A stretch of DNA of 64,000 nucleotides from Lama glama (taxonomy: Eukaryota). The position numbers and the translations under genes are program-made. Positions 1-13,927 of the stretch are shown here, in pieces (the stretch's first letter is position 1; each line of letters begins with the position of its first letter). Below the pieces are notes generated by a model. It saw only the letters and a list, made by a program, of their open reading frames with translations, made no database searches and was not told the origin of the DNA. The stretch spans positions 124,001-188,000 of the forward strand of contig CM052816.1 in assembly GCA_028534125.1 (NCBI GenBank), written 5' to 3'.

Positions 1-3000
1 CACTGAGAGCTGGGCCGGGAGTTCTGTGCACCCATTTATCCTTGTGCAGTTATAGAGCGCCAACAGTGTGTGGCCCTCCTCTCTGGGCTCACAGTCTAGG
101 AGCCTGGCTGGGCATGGGGAGGACAGCAGGGGGCCTGGCCACCCTGGTGACCACCCCTCCCTCCCTCCTACAGTCCCTTGGAGAAGGTCTGGGGGCCAGG
201 GCTGGAGCAGGCAGAGACACTCACCCTCCTGGTCCCCCTCTGTCCTGATGTACTGGCTGCGGGCTGCCTCTGTTTTCTTCTCCGCCTTCTGCACTCCAGG
301 TGCACCCACACTTCCCCTGCTGGACCCCACTCAGGGTGGGCCTGGTCCAGTCTTGGGCCCGCCTCGGCCCTCCTGGCCATCTCTGCTCCCCCGAGCTGGA
401 GGAGGATGACCTCACCCCACCAGAATGCGGCAGCACGCAGTATTTACATAAACACTACCCCCCTGCCCCTGGCCCTGGAGCTGGAGTGTGGAAAAGCAGG
501 CCGGCAATCTGTGGAGCTTCTCAGCCTCCCACCCACTCTGAGCTCCAGGCAGCCAGCCCAAACCACTGTCCCTCTCTGAAGTTGCTTCTCAGGCTGTAAG
601 TGGGGCCGACTAGGTTCCCCCCCTTGCACAAGCCCAGCCCAGCTGGAGAGGCACCCCGATGGGCAGAATGCCAGGATTCCCACTGGTCACCCTCGCTCTC
701 CTCCAGGGCCAGCCCACCCTGACCCCAGAAAGGCCCCCTCTCCCTGCAGGCTATCCTTGAGGGCCAGACAGACCCACCCCACTAAGAAAAGATATGTTCT
801 CACTCAGACAAGCATGTTGGCCCGGGGCAGGCAGTCCAGGAAGGCTGCAGAAGGCGGCACCAGCCTTGAGTCTTCTGTGATGGGATTTTGCCAAGCAGAT
901 GAGAGGGTGAGGAAGGTTCAGGCAGAATTCACAGGCCCTGAAGAGGTGCAGGCCACAGGAAAGGAGGGTACTGGCCACCAGGACCAGAGTACCAGGGCAG
1001 GCCTTAGGCTCCAGCTGGTTTTGGCCCCAGGCTGACCCATGGGGGAAGTGACAGCATTTGGAGCCTTGGGGAGAAGACTGGGTGGGGAGAAATTGTGGGA
1101 ACCACCCTCACAGGTGCACGTGGCCTGGGAGACTGGTGATGTGGGAGGGGCTGCCCAGGCGAGAAGACGGGTGAGCCTAGCCGGCGGACTCGTCATCCCA
1201 GCATCCCCAAGGAAAGGAAGAAGACAGTCAGAGCGGGGAGAGGGGGATGGACGTCCCCCGCCCTGCGACTGCTCCCCTTTGCTGGCACTTCCCGGCCACC
1301 ATCCAGATCGGGACCCTTCTAGGATCTCACAGCACGTCACTCATCAGTTCCAAGCTGGTTCCTCTGCTCACTGGTTGCCATGACATTCGATGCGGATGTT
1401 GGAGGGGGCATCTCTGGGTGTTCCTCGCTGACACCACTCACCTGCGGTGGGGAGACCTGCGGGCCAGTCTGGGCCTGGGGGCTGAAGAGCAGAGGCATCC
1501 TCCGTCTTAAGCCTGGGTGGGCGGGGCCTTATGCTTAGCCAGCCCTTTGGTCCTCAGTTTCTCTACTCATGCACCAAGAAGGTTGGGAAAAACCCTCCTG
1601 CAGATCCAAGGCCAGGTGGGTAGGTAGAGGGCTCTCTTTGTCCTGGAATCCACAGAGGTGCTCTGAGGCAGGAGTCTTGGGCAGAAGTTGGAAGGGGAGC
1701 CATCATCGCAGCCCCTGCCCTACACAACCTAAGGGAGCAAGACCCTCCCCCCGCCACCAGGGCTTCAGGAGCAGGGCAGCTGGGGCTGGGGGCATAGGGG
1801 ACCTGAGGCTTTATGGAGCACTTGGAGGTCAGTCCTACCCCACCCACCCTCCACCTCCCCCAAGCCTCTGGGGTCTCGGATGCCACCCGGGAGATGTACA
1901 GATTCAGGAAAAGCTAGCTTCAGAGAACACAGCCTGTCCTTAGGTCTGGGGACGTGCCCATTCCCTGGGTCTGGGGGACATGGCCCTCCCTGCACTGGGG
2001 TGTGGTTGAGGGCCCCAGCTGTAATCAGGAGGGCAGACCAGTCCAGATCCCCAGCTGAGCCAGGAGCCAAGCCCCTTCCAGGCCATGACCGGGTAGCTCC
2101 CACCCTCAGGGCCTGGGGGGCAGGGCGGGGAGGGGCAGGATTCAACCAGCATGCAGCTGGCTGGTCTGTGGGCTCTGCATTCCTAGCACACATTGCGGCT
2201 GTCCCCCGCTGCAACCCCAGCTTCCACCCTTCTAGAACCTTTTGCCTCAGGCTGGGACTCACTCTCCTGGCATTCTGGACCCTGATGCCGGCTGGGCGGG
2301 GCCCTTGCCTGACCTGCTGCCCTGGAAGGCCTTGCCACCCTGGCCCACAGCAGGAAGCGGGGGGCTCTGGGGCACTGTCCCTGCCAACAGCCCACCCCTA
2401 ACACAGACCCAGCCTAGGAAGGTGCGTCACTGCCACCAGATGCGGTCCCCCAGGCTTTATCCAGCTGTGTGTGCAGGGCAGGCCAGGCACCTCAGGGGGC
2501 CCTCGAGAGGTACCCTGGCACGCTCCGGCTGCCATCAGTCCTCCCTTCAGGCTTATGAAGGGGACTGGGTAGGGGGTGCTGGGACTCTCACAGCTGCCTC
2601 CCAACAGGAGGACCGGCTTCCATGGGGCCTGCCTGTCTTCTCTGAGTTTTATCAAAGTTTGAGCAAGAACTGAGCACCGCAGGTACCCGCTCAGTCACTC
2701 CCTCCCAGCAGGGTCGGGGAGAGCGGAGGTGTGGCCCCAGTCCCCTCCCAGCCCTGAGGGGATGCAGGAATCCAGCCCGGCCTCAGCCACTGAGACATTC
2801 CCCAGCACGACAAATCACATACTTGGCAGAAATCAAACCCAAGCCACAGCTGAGGAGCACGTGGGCCCGGCCGCCTGGTAATAAGACCTTCACAGTCAGC
2901 CTCCGTGCTGTCTTCAGTGTCATATGTTCATCACATACGGCCCTGGTGAGCTATTTGGCTTGGAAACTGCCCCTCCCCTCAGGGCCACAGAAATGCCACC

Positions 3001-5399
3001 GGCCATGGCCACCATCACCAATTACCGTGACCAGCGTCCCTCCTCACTAGGGTAGGGGCTCGTCCCTTCCCTCCCGTGTGCTGTTGGACCTCTGGGGAGT
3101 GCTCACCCTCTCTGCCCACACCACAGAAATGAGCTCTGGGACACAGAGTGGGTGGGTAAGGAGCAAACAACATGGCACCAGGACTGTGACTCTGATGCTG
3201 AATGGTGGCCACCGTCAGGGTGACACTGCAAGGGCCCGCCCCTCCAGGACCACCACCCCTCCCCTGGGCAAGGACCCTTCTGAGACTTCGTGAGCTGGGC
3301 GCCAGGACTCTGAGCTGGTGGGGCTGGGTCTTCACTGCTTCCCCGTGCTGGTCCACACCATCCAGCCCCCGGGGAACCCTGAGCATGTGGCCCACAGGAG
3401 GGAAGGCGGGTTCCCCAACCCCAAATACTGGAAGTTTCCAGGCCCAGAGCCCCAGTGACCTGCTAGGGAGCACTGACGTAAGAACAGCCCTGGCCCCATG
3501 TCCCTGTCCTCTCAGGCCATGGCCCCGTGTCTCTGTGTCCCAGGTCCCTCTCAGCAATCTTAGCTCACTCACACACTCAAGTGCGCAGTCACACACACTC
3601 ACACACACTTACCTACTCACAAATGTCCACAGGCTCACACACCAGCCCTCTACACCTCCCCTTTTCCTAACCTTCCCCGTCTCCCCCTCTCCCACCTTCC
3701 CCCCACCCCTCGCCCTCCCTCTCGCCCTGACCTCTTCTCCCTCCAGCTGGGTCTCCCCAAATGTGCCACTGCCCGGCTTCCCTTCAGACAGTCCTTGCTG
3801 CACCTGGACCAGCTCACTAGCCAGGGCAGGCCTCTCCCATGTTGCCTGGCACCTATGCCCCCAGGCTAGCTGAAGGAAGCCCGTGCTCCCCTTACCCATC
3901 ACCCAAAGAGCTGAGTGCCCACCGCTGCCTTGCAGGGGGTGGTACCCTCTAGGCTCAGCCTGGGGTTCCTTGGGCCTCATGTCCAGGCTCAGAGGATACC
4001 TGCCGGAGCCGTCTCAGGACCATCCAGTACAGAGCGACAGGATTAGAGTCATCACCTCCAATTACAGAGGGCCTCCAGGAGTTAGCCCTGACCAGCCCCA
4101 AAGCCCCCACCACCCAGGGTGGCCCCAGATGACACCAGGGGTCTGCCTCTCCCCTCTCGCTCCTCGGTGAGCCGGGCCAGCTGCACTTGCAAAGTGGGAG
4201 ACTTGCTCACTCACTGCCCCTTCACCCCTGCTTGTTTCTGCTCCAGATTCCAGATGCCTCTGAAGCTGGGCCTGCTCCAAAGAAGGGCACCACTGGCGGG
4301 TGGGCAAGGGGCTCCAGCTCTGAGAAAGGAGCCCCTCCCCAAACCCTGCACCTGCTGGTCCACCTCACCCCCTCACCTCCACAGCCAGCTCACACCTGGC
4401 CACAGCCAGAAGCAGCCCCTGCTGAGACGTCCAGGGGCTCCCGTCCTCACTGGCCACCGGCCCCTCACCCCTTGCACCCTCTGTGTCCACTGTTATAATC
4501 CCTTCATAGAGACCCCCTACTCCCTGCCCCCCAACAGTCCCACTGAGCCAGACCTCACCTCATCTGTCTGCACCTGGACAGCTGAGGTAAAAGCCACCAT
4601 GGGAGCCGGCTGGCACACCCCCACCTTACAGTGACTGGATCCCCATGGCCTGCAAGCTCCACTGTCTGCTCACCTCCACCCTCCTGGCCCCGGGCTCTGT
4701 CTGCAGGGACGCCGTCTCTCCTGCACCAGCAGTAGCTCCCTCTTGCTCCCTTGTCACCTCTCATCCAGAACATGGTGCTGGGGCACCCTCTTGCTGTGCT
4801 CCTGTCTCCAGGCCACCTTTATGCTGAGTTTGCCCCAGTATATGGTTATGGATATGGTTGTCCTGTGCCTATCTGTGTATTTTTTATTTACCTGAGTGGT
4901 ACTGCATTTTGGATCTTGCTCTGCACTGACCGTTTCCTTCGGTTGTGATTTTGGACCAGCCTGTGCTGCTATTTGGCTCAGTCCAGGCGTGTCTGTTCCG
5001 TCACCTCAGTCTTGTGAGGACACGAGCTACCGGGCTCCGTGGGGCTGGCTCTCTGAGGACCTGCTCGGCAGAGCACAGACCAGGGAGGCAACACTGCCAT
5101 TCGCTCTCTGCCCCTGCAGTCACTGGCTCATCTGGGTTGTGACCAGGATTCAGATGTGAGTCCTGCCCTGCGGCGAGCAGGGATGGGAAGGGCACCCTGC
5201 CAGGCACTCCGGGCATCTCCACACCCTCCACTGCAAGCCCGCTTCCTGCTGGGTTGAGTATTCCCTCAGGCACTGGCAGGGGCTCCTTCGCGGGCACCGC
5301 CTCCCCCCACTCACTTCGCAGGGACTGGCAGAAATACTCCCCCTCTGTGATCCATACCAGCAGTCTTTTTTTTCCCTTATGGTTTGTGCTCTTAGGATG

Positions 5400-5548
5400 T
5401 GTTCATAAGGTTTATCACACATGTACTGTCCTCCATTAAGCCGATAGCTTTAGTTCTGCTGTTTTTGCATCATTAATTTCAGCATCTGCATATATCAGGG
5501 GCTCGACAGGTGCTGTGGAAAGAATGAGTGAGTGAGTGAATGAATGAC
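5400..5548 (+). mobile_element. L2 3' end remnant
   Basis: Ends in gaatgagtgagtgagtgaatgaatga, typical of L2 tails. Confidence 0.45.
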
Positions 5549-5919
5549 TCTAAAGAAAAGGCCTCTGCGGCTGTGAGGTTTATGGAAATCTCATTTCATG
5601 GAGCTCTGACTTCGGGAGGAAAATGACAGAAAGTGAGTACATACAAATGTCGACGGTGATATCTCTGAGTGGGATGATTTTAGGAAATTATTTTTCTTCC
5701 TTATAGGTAACTTAGTTTCCAGGTATTCTACAGGTGGTCTCTATGTTAGTTTTTAATCAGAAAATGAATGTAACTTTTTAAAGGAAGGTTTGTTTTTTTT
5801 TTTTTTGAAAAAAGCATGCCTGTTGAGAAGTTTTCCACATGCTCTAAAAGTGGTCCTTGTAGATCTAGACCCTTCTGTTAAACAAATACAAGTAAAAGTT
5901 GGTGCCATTGAAAAAAAAA

Positions 5920-6178
5920 CAAAGGGCAGTGGTGGGAAGGGACAGACTGGGAGTTCGAGATTTGTAGATACTGACAGGCATACGTAGAATAGATAAGCAA
6001 GATTATACTGCATAGCGCAGGGAAATGTATACAAGATCTTGTGGTAGCTCACGGTGAAAAAGAATGTGACAATAAATATATGTATGTTCATGTAACTGAA
6101 AAATTGTGTTCCACACTGGAAATTGACACAACCTTGTAAACTGACTACAACTCAATAAAAAAAAATTTAAAGAAAAGA
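5920..6178 (+). mobile_element. 5'-truncated lineage-specific L1 3' end
   Basis: Homologous to copies at 24.8, 26.0 and 48.9 kb (gagatttgtagatactgac...gaaattgacaca...aataaa, poly-A). Confidence 0.85.
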
Positions 6179-9100
6179 AAAGAAAAGGCCTCTGGACTGC
6201 ACAACCCTCTCCCCTCTCTGCCCCTTCCCAGCCTGGCTCCCCAGGAGGTCTGCATTCCTTACCTGCTGGCCCTCAACCTCTCCTGGGAAGCCCTTTGTGG
6301 CCAAATCCACCTGCATGTCCTTCCTTCCTTGTCTTTGTCACCTCAGAGTGTTGGTGAGATTGTCCATGTCTCCTTCACTTTCAGAATGACTTTTTGAGAT
6401 GAAATTGATTAATGCAACTTGCTTTTCAATATCAAGCAAAATTAAAATGTACCATGAGAGCAAATCCTTACCGCAGACTCCTTCACACAGAAGTAAACCA
6501 TGTTAACAGGAAGTGAGTTTTAATCCAGGCCTTTCCCAGGCATCACACCTGATCCAGGGATCAACACATAGGCAGAACTCTCTATGGCCTAATTACAGTG
6601 CTTTAAATCGATAGTGTTAACTGTGAAAAATGATTGTCTTTGAATTGTGTAAATGAAGAAAGATGAGAGGGAGAAAGGAGAGAGAGGGAGAGAGGAGGGA
6701 GGGAGGATGGAGGTGAAAAGAAGGAAGGATAGAGGAGGGGGGAGCAATGAGACTCCAGGGTTTACTTGCTGAACTTGGGATAAATATCTCTTCAACACTT
6801 GAGATACATACATGTTTGTAAACAATCCTTCTAGGATTCAAAGAGAGAGCGTATGAGAAATAGGACATTGGGCTGGTTCCCGTTCAGCCAGCGCTGGTGT
6901 CTGAGAAGGGATCTGTCCCTCTTCCTGGCCCTCTCCTCCTCTCCTCCAACTCCAGGTGTGCCCCCTGCAGCCTCCTGACTTGGTGATCGTTCCGCAGTTT
7001 GCCACAATTCCTTGTCTATAGTTCAGTGAGCTCAGAACTCATCCTCCCACCAACCCACACATTCTACCCCAAACTTCCCCCTTCTGAGCTCTGTAACCCC
7101 CCATTCATCTTTCCAGTGATGATCTAATCACCAGGAGAGGACCTGTTTTGCATTTTTTTTTCACGAGGACCCACCTATCCTGAATTTCATCAATGCTGGG
7201 ACATCTGCCACCTTTCTTCTTCCTTGCATCCCCAGCCCTGTTCATGCCCCTTGGGTCCCCTGCCCTTGCCCCAGCCATCCCTAGGCTCCCTCCCCACTGT
7301 CTGGATGGAGCCTTGGTCTCTGCATCCTCTGACCTGCTCTGTGCAGCCAGCACTTTAAATAATTTATGATAAAGGGTGTATAACAAAGTGAACTTTCTGA
7401 GAACTTGCCTGCCCCAAATACCTCTGTTTTGGTTTTCTTGTTTGTTTTTGGTTTTGGTTTTTTTGTGTTTTAATGCCAAACCTGGCTAGGTGTGGACTTC
7501 TAGGTTGGAGGTGACTATCCCTTGGAGCTTGGAAGGCATGGCTTCATTTTAGTTTAGCATCCCTTGTTGCTGATGATGTCCGAGATCTGTTCGATCTTCG
7601 GGGCTCTATGTGCACATGAGCTAGGAATGATCTGGGTAGCAGATAAAACTCAACCAATGGGAGCCTACGCAAACAGACGTTAATTTTCTTAAATCACATG
7701 CACACAATAGAAACAAAAAAGGCAGTGCAGGGAGAGCAAGAGCCCTAAGGGCCACTGGAGACCTAAGCTTTTTCTTGTTTCATCCCTTCATCCTTCATGT
7801 GTGGCTTCTGTACTCATGATCCCAGAACTGCTGTGGCAACTCCTCCATCACATCCTGTGCTCGAGGCAGGAAAAGGATGGAAGGGTATATAGGGTGATGA
7901 GCAAAACAGGCACTCTCTCAGCAAGCTTTATCTTTTTATTAGAGAAAGGGCCCTCTCCACAGGAATTCATAACCACAACTCCTTGGCCAAAACTCAGGTG
8001 AATACCATGGCTGGAAGGTAGCCAAGGAGAAGCTGGCCTTTTTTTTTTTTTCTTTCTTTCTCACTAGATTTCGTGGGCTTTGTCTTTCAATTTTTTATTA
8101 AAAAAGAATTTTTATTCCACTAGCTCTATTTTCATTTCCAATAATTCACTTATCTTTTTTTGTTCCTTTTCCATAGACTTTATCTTCATTTTATGGTAAC
8201 TCCTTCGCAAATCTTTCTAATGATATTAATGAGTCTATTTAAAACTCCTTTCTGTACCCTGAATTATTTCTGTTTCCTCTGATGTAATTTTTTTGTGTGT
8301 GTGTGTATCTTTCTGGAGTCCCCAGAGTGATTTCATGAACCCTTTCACTTCTGTCTAAAAACCCTGGAATCCAGAAAGCAAGGAACTCTGCATAGACTGG
8401 TAGGACAGAAAAGGCAACCTGGATGGGTCCTCCTGGCCAAATTGGGAAAAATGTGAGTATTCAAAGGGTAACAATGTCATTGCATTGTAACATTTTGAGT
8501 CAAAAAAAAAATCTGTGTGTTCTTGGTAATAATAAAAAGCACACTGAAACTTGAGGAGGGCGATTTGCTTCACAGAACAACAACATGTAATAAATGCAGC
8601 AGGAGTGGTAGAATTAGGAAATTGCCCTTTCACAAACACCAGTGCAGTCGCTGCTTAGGGCAGAGCATCCCTGAGTCCTGGGACCACTGACGGAGTGGAT
8701 TGCTCCCTGGTCACAGGAAGACTACGTGCCTGCACAGCGCAGAAAAAGGGCAGTTAACCACTTCGCCCGTGACCCACCTCGGCGTCTCTGAAGGGGCAAA
8801 CAGGTGTATTCTCGATGAGTCCTGGATCAGAAGACAAAAACCACAAACAGCTACGCAGGGACGTTGTTCCATCGATGTTGAATTGACCGTGTGAAGATGG
8901 TCAGGATTAAGTGCCCGTGTTACTGGAAGATACACTGGAGAATACAGGGGGGAGGTGTCAGGATGACACCAACTTACTCTCAAAGGGTAAAAATAGACGT
9001 GGCTGTTTTTAGAGAGTAGACAAAGCAAAGGTGACTAAATGAACAGTTGGGGAATCGGTGCGGGATACGTGGGCATGTGACAGGGAGGCTACCAGATGTC

Positions 9101-9477
9101 CCCGTGACCCCTAGCTCTGGTGACTTTACACCGCTACACCTGATAATTTGTTATGCGGCAGTAGATGACTGATGCTCATTGCAGGATGGTTACAAATTCT
9201 CTTTCAAAGTTGCAGGAAGAATCACGTGGCTAGTGCACAGTTGCCGCTGTGACAAAACCCACGCCGAGGCCTTGCTGCCTGGTCTTGGCCAGCCCTGCCC
9301 CCGGGCCCTGCCCCCACTCCAGACCTTGACCTGGTGGGTCCAGGTTCGGGACATCCCAGCAGTTCCCACACAGGCTGTTCCATTTGCTTGCTGTGCTGGT
9401 CCCGTCTTCTCATCCTCCATGGCATCAGGGCCTCCCACTGCCCACTCCAGTACCATCAAACCCCAGCCACCCCTGCG

Positions 9478-9716
9478 TTCTCCCACCTCAGCCCTCCTCC
9501 AGCCCCTCCCTCGCCCTCCTTCTCCCTGGCCCCCTCCTTTCCCCTCCCCCCACTTCTTCCTCCTCTGCCCCCTCCCTCTTGTCCCTTCCCCCTTCTCTTT
9601 CCTCTCTCCTCTCTCCTTCTTCCCTCTCCCCTTGCTTTTCCCCTCCTTTGCTCTCCTTTCACTTTTCTCTCCCCCTCTCCCTTTTCCTTTCTCCCCTCCC
9701 CTCCTCTCCCTGCTCT
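9478..9716. repeat. Polypyrimidine (CT-rich) tract
   Basis: ~240 bp almost entirely C/T on the plus strand. Confidence 0.9.
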
Positions 9717-10852
9717 AGGAGGTGGGCCTCTGGCTGCCCAGCTAATAACCACAGCAGGAGCCTCCCGGCTCTGCTCCCCAGCTCCAGCCGTTTCCATGGA
9801 CGAGGGCCCACACAAACACAGGATGCTGCAGCTCCCCCTGCCAGCCCAGGACCCCCCACAGCACCGGGCTGGTGGCAGATGAGGTCATTGCCACAGGGGC
9901 CCCACAGGCCTGTTGCGGGGGACTGTTTGTTTGGCCTTGTTTCTGTGGCAACCTGCTAGACCCCTCCTTCACTCCATCCAAGGGGGCGTTGGCTGGTGCA
10001 GGGGACGAAGCTGCCCCTGAGCCCCCAGCTCCACCTCCAAGGTATACAGAGGGAAACTGAGGCCCAGGAGCCAGGCAGAGGCAAGATCATGCAGGAGCAG
10101 GACACTTGTCCCCAGACCGGGGGCTCCCTCTGCCAGGTGGCCCCACGCACGCACTCCATCGCCTGGGGTCCTGGCTGTGCCCAGCATCTGTCCTGCCTAG
10201 GGGTCAGGTCCCTGACTTACATTCTGGACAGTGAGCTGAGAGGGCCCTGTTCCAAGAGAGGAGCCCAAGACAGGGCAGTGAGCTGGGAGGGGACCACGGG
10301 CAGCCCGGGCGGGGAGGCACGGTCAGTCACAGGTTGAGGTGGTGCTGTAGAGAGGGGGGTGGGGACAGGAAGCTTGAGGGGGAGCTGAGAAGCAGCAGGT
10401 TGGCTCAAGGCAAGGCTGTATGTCCAGAGCACACAAGCCTAGCACACGCTGTCACCACCGTCCTGTCTGTCCAGTGGCCTTTGCAGCAGCCAAGAGCCCC
10501 CTTGGATGGGGTGGGGTCGGCTCAGGCCAAGGGCATCAAAACCCCCAGAGCAGAGCCAGGAATGGGGGCTGCGTGCCCCCCATCGTGGGGCCCAGGGGGC
10601 CCTGACCCACCTACATCCTCCTGGTTTTTAGCACCTCGGTGCTCTGGGCCTTCAGCCTTCCTGGGCAGCCTCTTCCTCAGGGGCCGCTCGCTGAGCACCT
10701 GCCGGGTGTGGCTCAGCCAGGCCCTGATGGGGCAGTGAGTAGCACTTCCTGCGGCCCCTGTGGTCCCAGGGCCCCCAGGGTCTCACAGCAAGGTGAAACA
10801 GGGCCCCACTGTCACTTGTCCAGGCTATCCAGCCATGGGGAGTTGGCCTCAC

Positions 10853-11078
10853 TTTTTCCATCTCCCTCCCCCTCATCTTCCTCTCCATCCTCCCCCTCAT
10901 CTTCCTTTGACTCCTCCCCCTTCTCCTCCTTCTCCCTTCCTCCCTTCTTCCTCCTAACCTCCTCCCCCTCTCTGTCCTCTCCCTCCTCCCCCTCTGCCCC
11001 TCCTCCCCTTCCCCCTTTTCCCTCTTCTGCCCCCCTCCCCCTCCTCCTTCATCTGCCTCTCCACCTCACCCTGTCTCT
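10853..11078. repeat. Polypyrimidine (CT-rich) tract
   Basis: ~225 bp almost entirely C/T on the plus strand. Confidence 0.9.
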
Positions 11079-11449
11079 GAAGTCATCCTGGAAGGCAGGT
11101 GGGATCCAGCTGAATACCTTCCCAAATGTGCGGGCCCGTCTGAGACGTTACCTAACCGCACCTTCTTACCTAATCCCCCAGCCATCTCCTGCCTCCGGTG
11201 CCTGCCCCCGCCCTGGCAGGGCTGGGCTGGGCTCCAGCCCAGACTTGCCTCTGGCCATCTGTGGTCCTGGGCTGCCTCCCCAGGATGTGGTCGGACAGGG
11301 AAAGCCTTCTCCTGCCTCAGGTTCTGGGCCGGGCCAGCAGGAGCTTGCCAGCTGGAGGAGGCCACAGACAGGGACAGGAGAGACCGCAGTCACTGGGCAA
11401 AGCGGGTGGCCAGAAAGGAGTAGAGTGACAGCCCAGCACTTTGTCCTCA

Positions 11450-11635
11450 GTGTGCACACACGTGCATACACGTGCACACGTACAGACACATGAATGCACG
11501 TGCATGTACACAGATACACCTGCGTGTGTGCAGACACAGAGGACACAGGCACACATGAACACACACATGCACAGACACATGGACCCAGTCCCCCATGTGC
11601 TTGCACACAGGCACACTCAGACACAGACGCACGTA
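11450..11635. repeat. Degenerate (CA)-rich tract
   Basis: tgtgcacacacgtgcatacacgtgcacacg... Confidence 0.85.
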
Positions 11636-12939
11636 AGATTAGCCGGGAGCACAAAGCAGACCCGCCACACATGGAACCCAGGACCGAGGGGAGACCTGGG
11701 TGCCCAGATAGGGACCCTGGGCAGGGGACTGCCTACTCCAGTGAGAGGAGGTCGGCCCTGGCAGGAGGCTCTACACAGTCCTGACCAGTTGTCCCTCCTG
11801 GCCAGCCCCTTCTTTCCCTCTGCAGCCCCCACAGCCTACACCTGGATGGCTTTCAACTGCAATTTCAGCCACTGTCGCCCAGGAAGAATGGCACCATTCA
11901 GGCTGCCTGCTCCCTAGCCCAGGGCACAGACACCCGGCCCCTGCCTGGCCCTCAGTAGCAGGGCCCAGGGAGAAGCAGGCCTTGCTTCTCACAACGTGCA
12001 GTGAGGAGGAGCTGCCCCCATGGGCCCCCCAGGCGGCAGATGCCCCTGAGCTGCCCTCATCTGTGGATCCCAGTGCCTGGCTGAGGGACCTCTCGGAGCT
12101 GCCAGATCACCTTCAGCCTGGCAAGGGTCTGATGTCAGGAGATACTCTTCTGTCTCTAGAGGGAGTGTCCATGAGACCAGAAAGGGGCACGGTGGCTTTT
12201 CTGCCTGAGCCTGGTGATTAGGCAGATAATGCCACATTCCTCAGGTGTCAGCCCCTCTCCTGGGCATCCAGGGGGGCTTGGACAAGACCCGAGGTGGCAG
12301 GGAGGCGACCTCCCAGGAGAAGGGCCACCAGGGGTCCAGCAGGGCACATCACAGCTATGGAAGGACGGGACATAGGAGATGGACTCAAGGGAAGACAGAG
12401 GCCAGCAGGGAGGGCAGAGGGGCTGGGGACTGGGGACAAACTCGGTGGAGTTGGGGTGGATGTCGTGGCCAGAGAACTCTAGGCTCAGAGAAGGTGGACA
12501 GGCCATGCTGGGGACCAGCACCAGGATGAAGCACAAGGAACATGCTTCTGGAAGAGGCTGCAGGCTCAGAGTGAGGGAGAGGAAGCTGGGGGTGTAGCAG
12601 GCATCCTGAGAGGGGACAGAGGGTGTACCCCACCTAGCCAAGGGCCCCCCACACCCTGGGGTCACCTGCCTGCCTGGGCCAGGGAGAAGGTGACCACGGC
12701 AGGTGCCTAACACCCACACTGCGAGATGGGCTGCACCTCTGGTAGCCCAGAGGCCTCTCCCCACTGCCCTACAAAGGACATGGGCCTTCCTTGAGGTGAT
12801 GAGGGAAGAATTGCTCAAGAGACAGTTTTCATTCCTAATTGGTCAAGAAAAGGAGGCGTGCTCTGTCCTGCCCACCACAGGCCCTGGATCCACCCCTACT
12901 CCATTCCAACCCAGACCACACTCCTTTCCCCACCTGGGC

Positions 12940-13004
12940 CCACCCCTTGCCCTAGGTCCTTCCACCCCTCGCCCTAGGTCCTCCCTCCCCTCGCCCTAGG
13001 TCCT
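12940..13004. repeat. 22-bp tandem repeat, 3 copies (ccacccctcgccctaggtcct core)
   Basis: gccctaggtcct recurs three times at 22-bp spacing. Confidence 0.85.
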
Positions 13005-13014
13005 CTGGACCTCA

Positions 13015-13465
13015 GTGGGTGGAGCTCCATCCCTCAAAGTTCACACCTACCTGAACTGCAGGTTAGGACTACATTTGGGAAAGGGTCTTTGCAGAAATAT
13101 TTAGTCAGTTGAGTCAATGATCTCCAGATCAGAGCATCCTGTACTGTCTAGGTGGGCCCTATGTTCCACAACAGGTGTCCTCATAAGGGACAGCAGGGGA
13201 GAAGATCGAGAAGACATGGAGATGGCCACACGAAGATGGAGGCAGAGACAGGAGTGATGTGGCCACAAGCCCGGGCATGCCTCGGGCACCAGCAGCTGGA
13301 AGAGGCAGAGAGGACCGTGCTGTCGAGCTTCCTGAAGGGCTGCGGCCTGCCCACACCTTGATCTCAGACTTCTGGCCTCCAAAGCTGGGAGAGGACAAGT
13401 TTCCGTTGCTGTTTAAGCTGCCACCCTGACCCTGTTTGTGGTCGATTGTTGTGGCTGCCCCTCGA
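13015..13465 (+). mobile_element. MaLR (MLT1-type) solo LTR
   Basis: atttgggaaagggtctttgcaga, gaagatggaggcagagacaggagtgatgtggccacaagcc, caccttgatctcagacttctggcctcca. Confidence 0.82.
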
Positions 13466-13921
13466 CTCATCCAGGGCAGAAAGCCTCGCAGCTGTCTTCA
13501 CGTTCCTGCTCCAGAGGGGAGTGGCACAGGGCCTCGACAGGCACTCTGGGAGAGACGAGGGTCCGGGGGCTCGCACAGACCTCCCTCGTAGCATCGTTTG
13601 GGGGTGTGCTAGATGGAGCTGGGCACGTGGGCCTCCAGTGCCAGCCTCGTGAGGGGATCCATGGGGCTGCTCAGTGCCTGGGGACCTTGGATGTGGCCTC
13701 TGCATGTGACAGCTGCTGCCTCTTGATGTGTTTACATGGAGTACCGCCCACTCCCACCTCTGGGGAGGGCTGGGCTGGACTTGGTCTGTGAGAGACCACT
13801 CTGCTCTGTGAAAGCCTCTAATGTCCCTCGGCCCGCCTCCCTTCAGGCCTCCTCCTCCCCAGGGCCACCAGAACCCCTCTGAAGGCAGCCAGCTGAGATG
13901 GGGCTATAATTTAAAAATACA

Positions 13922-13927
13922 TTTATT
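13922..13927 (-). terminator. Polyadenylation signal AATAAA of WNT9A
   Basis: Plus strand TTTATT within an AT-rich block at the end of the putative 3'UTR, followed by an abrupt return to GC-rich DNA. Confidence 0.7.

Noticed and set aside
1..3400. Possible degenerate minus-strand gene (GTGAGT donors near 222, 1440 and 2260; faint Ig-like peptide fragments), or PRSS38 expected by synteny
   Set aside because: No coherent exon chain, no convincing Ig domain and no serine-protease catalytic motifs found by eye; a translated search (BLASTX) would be needed
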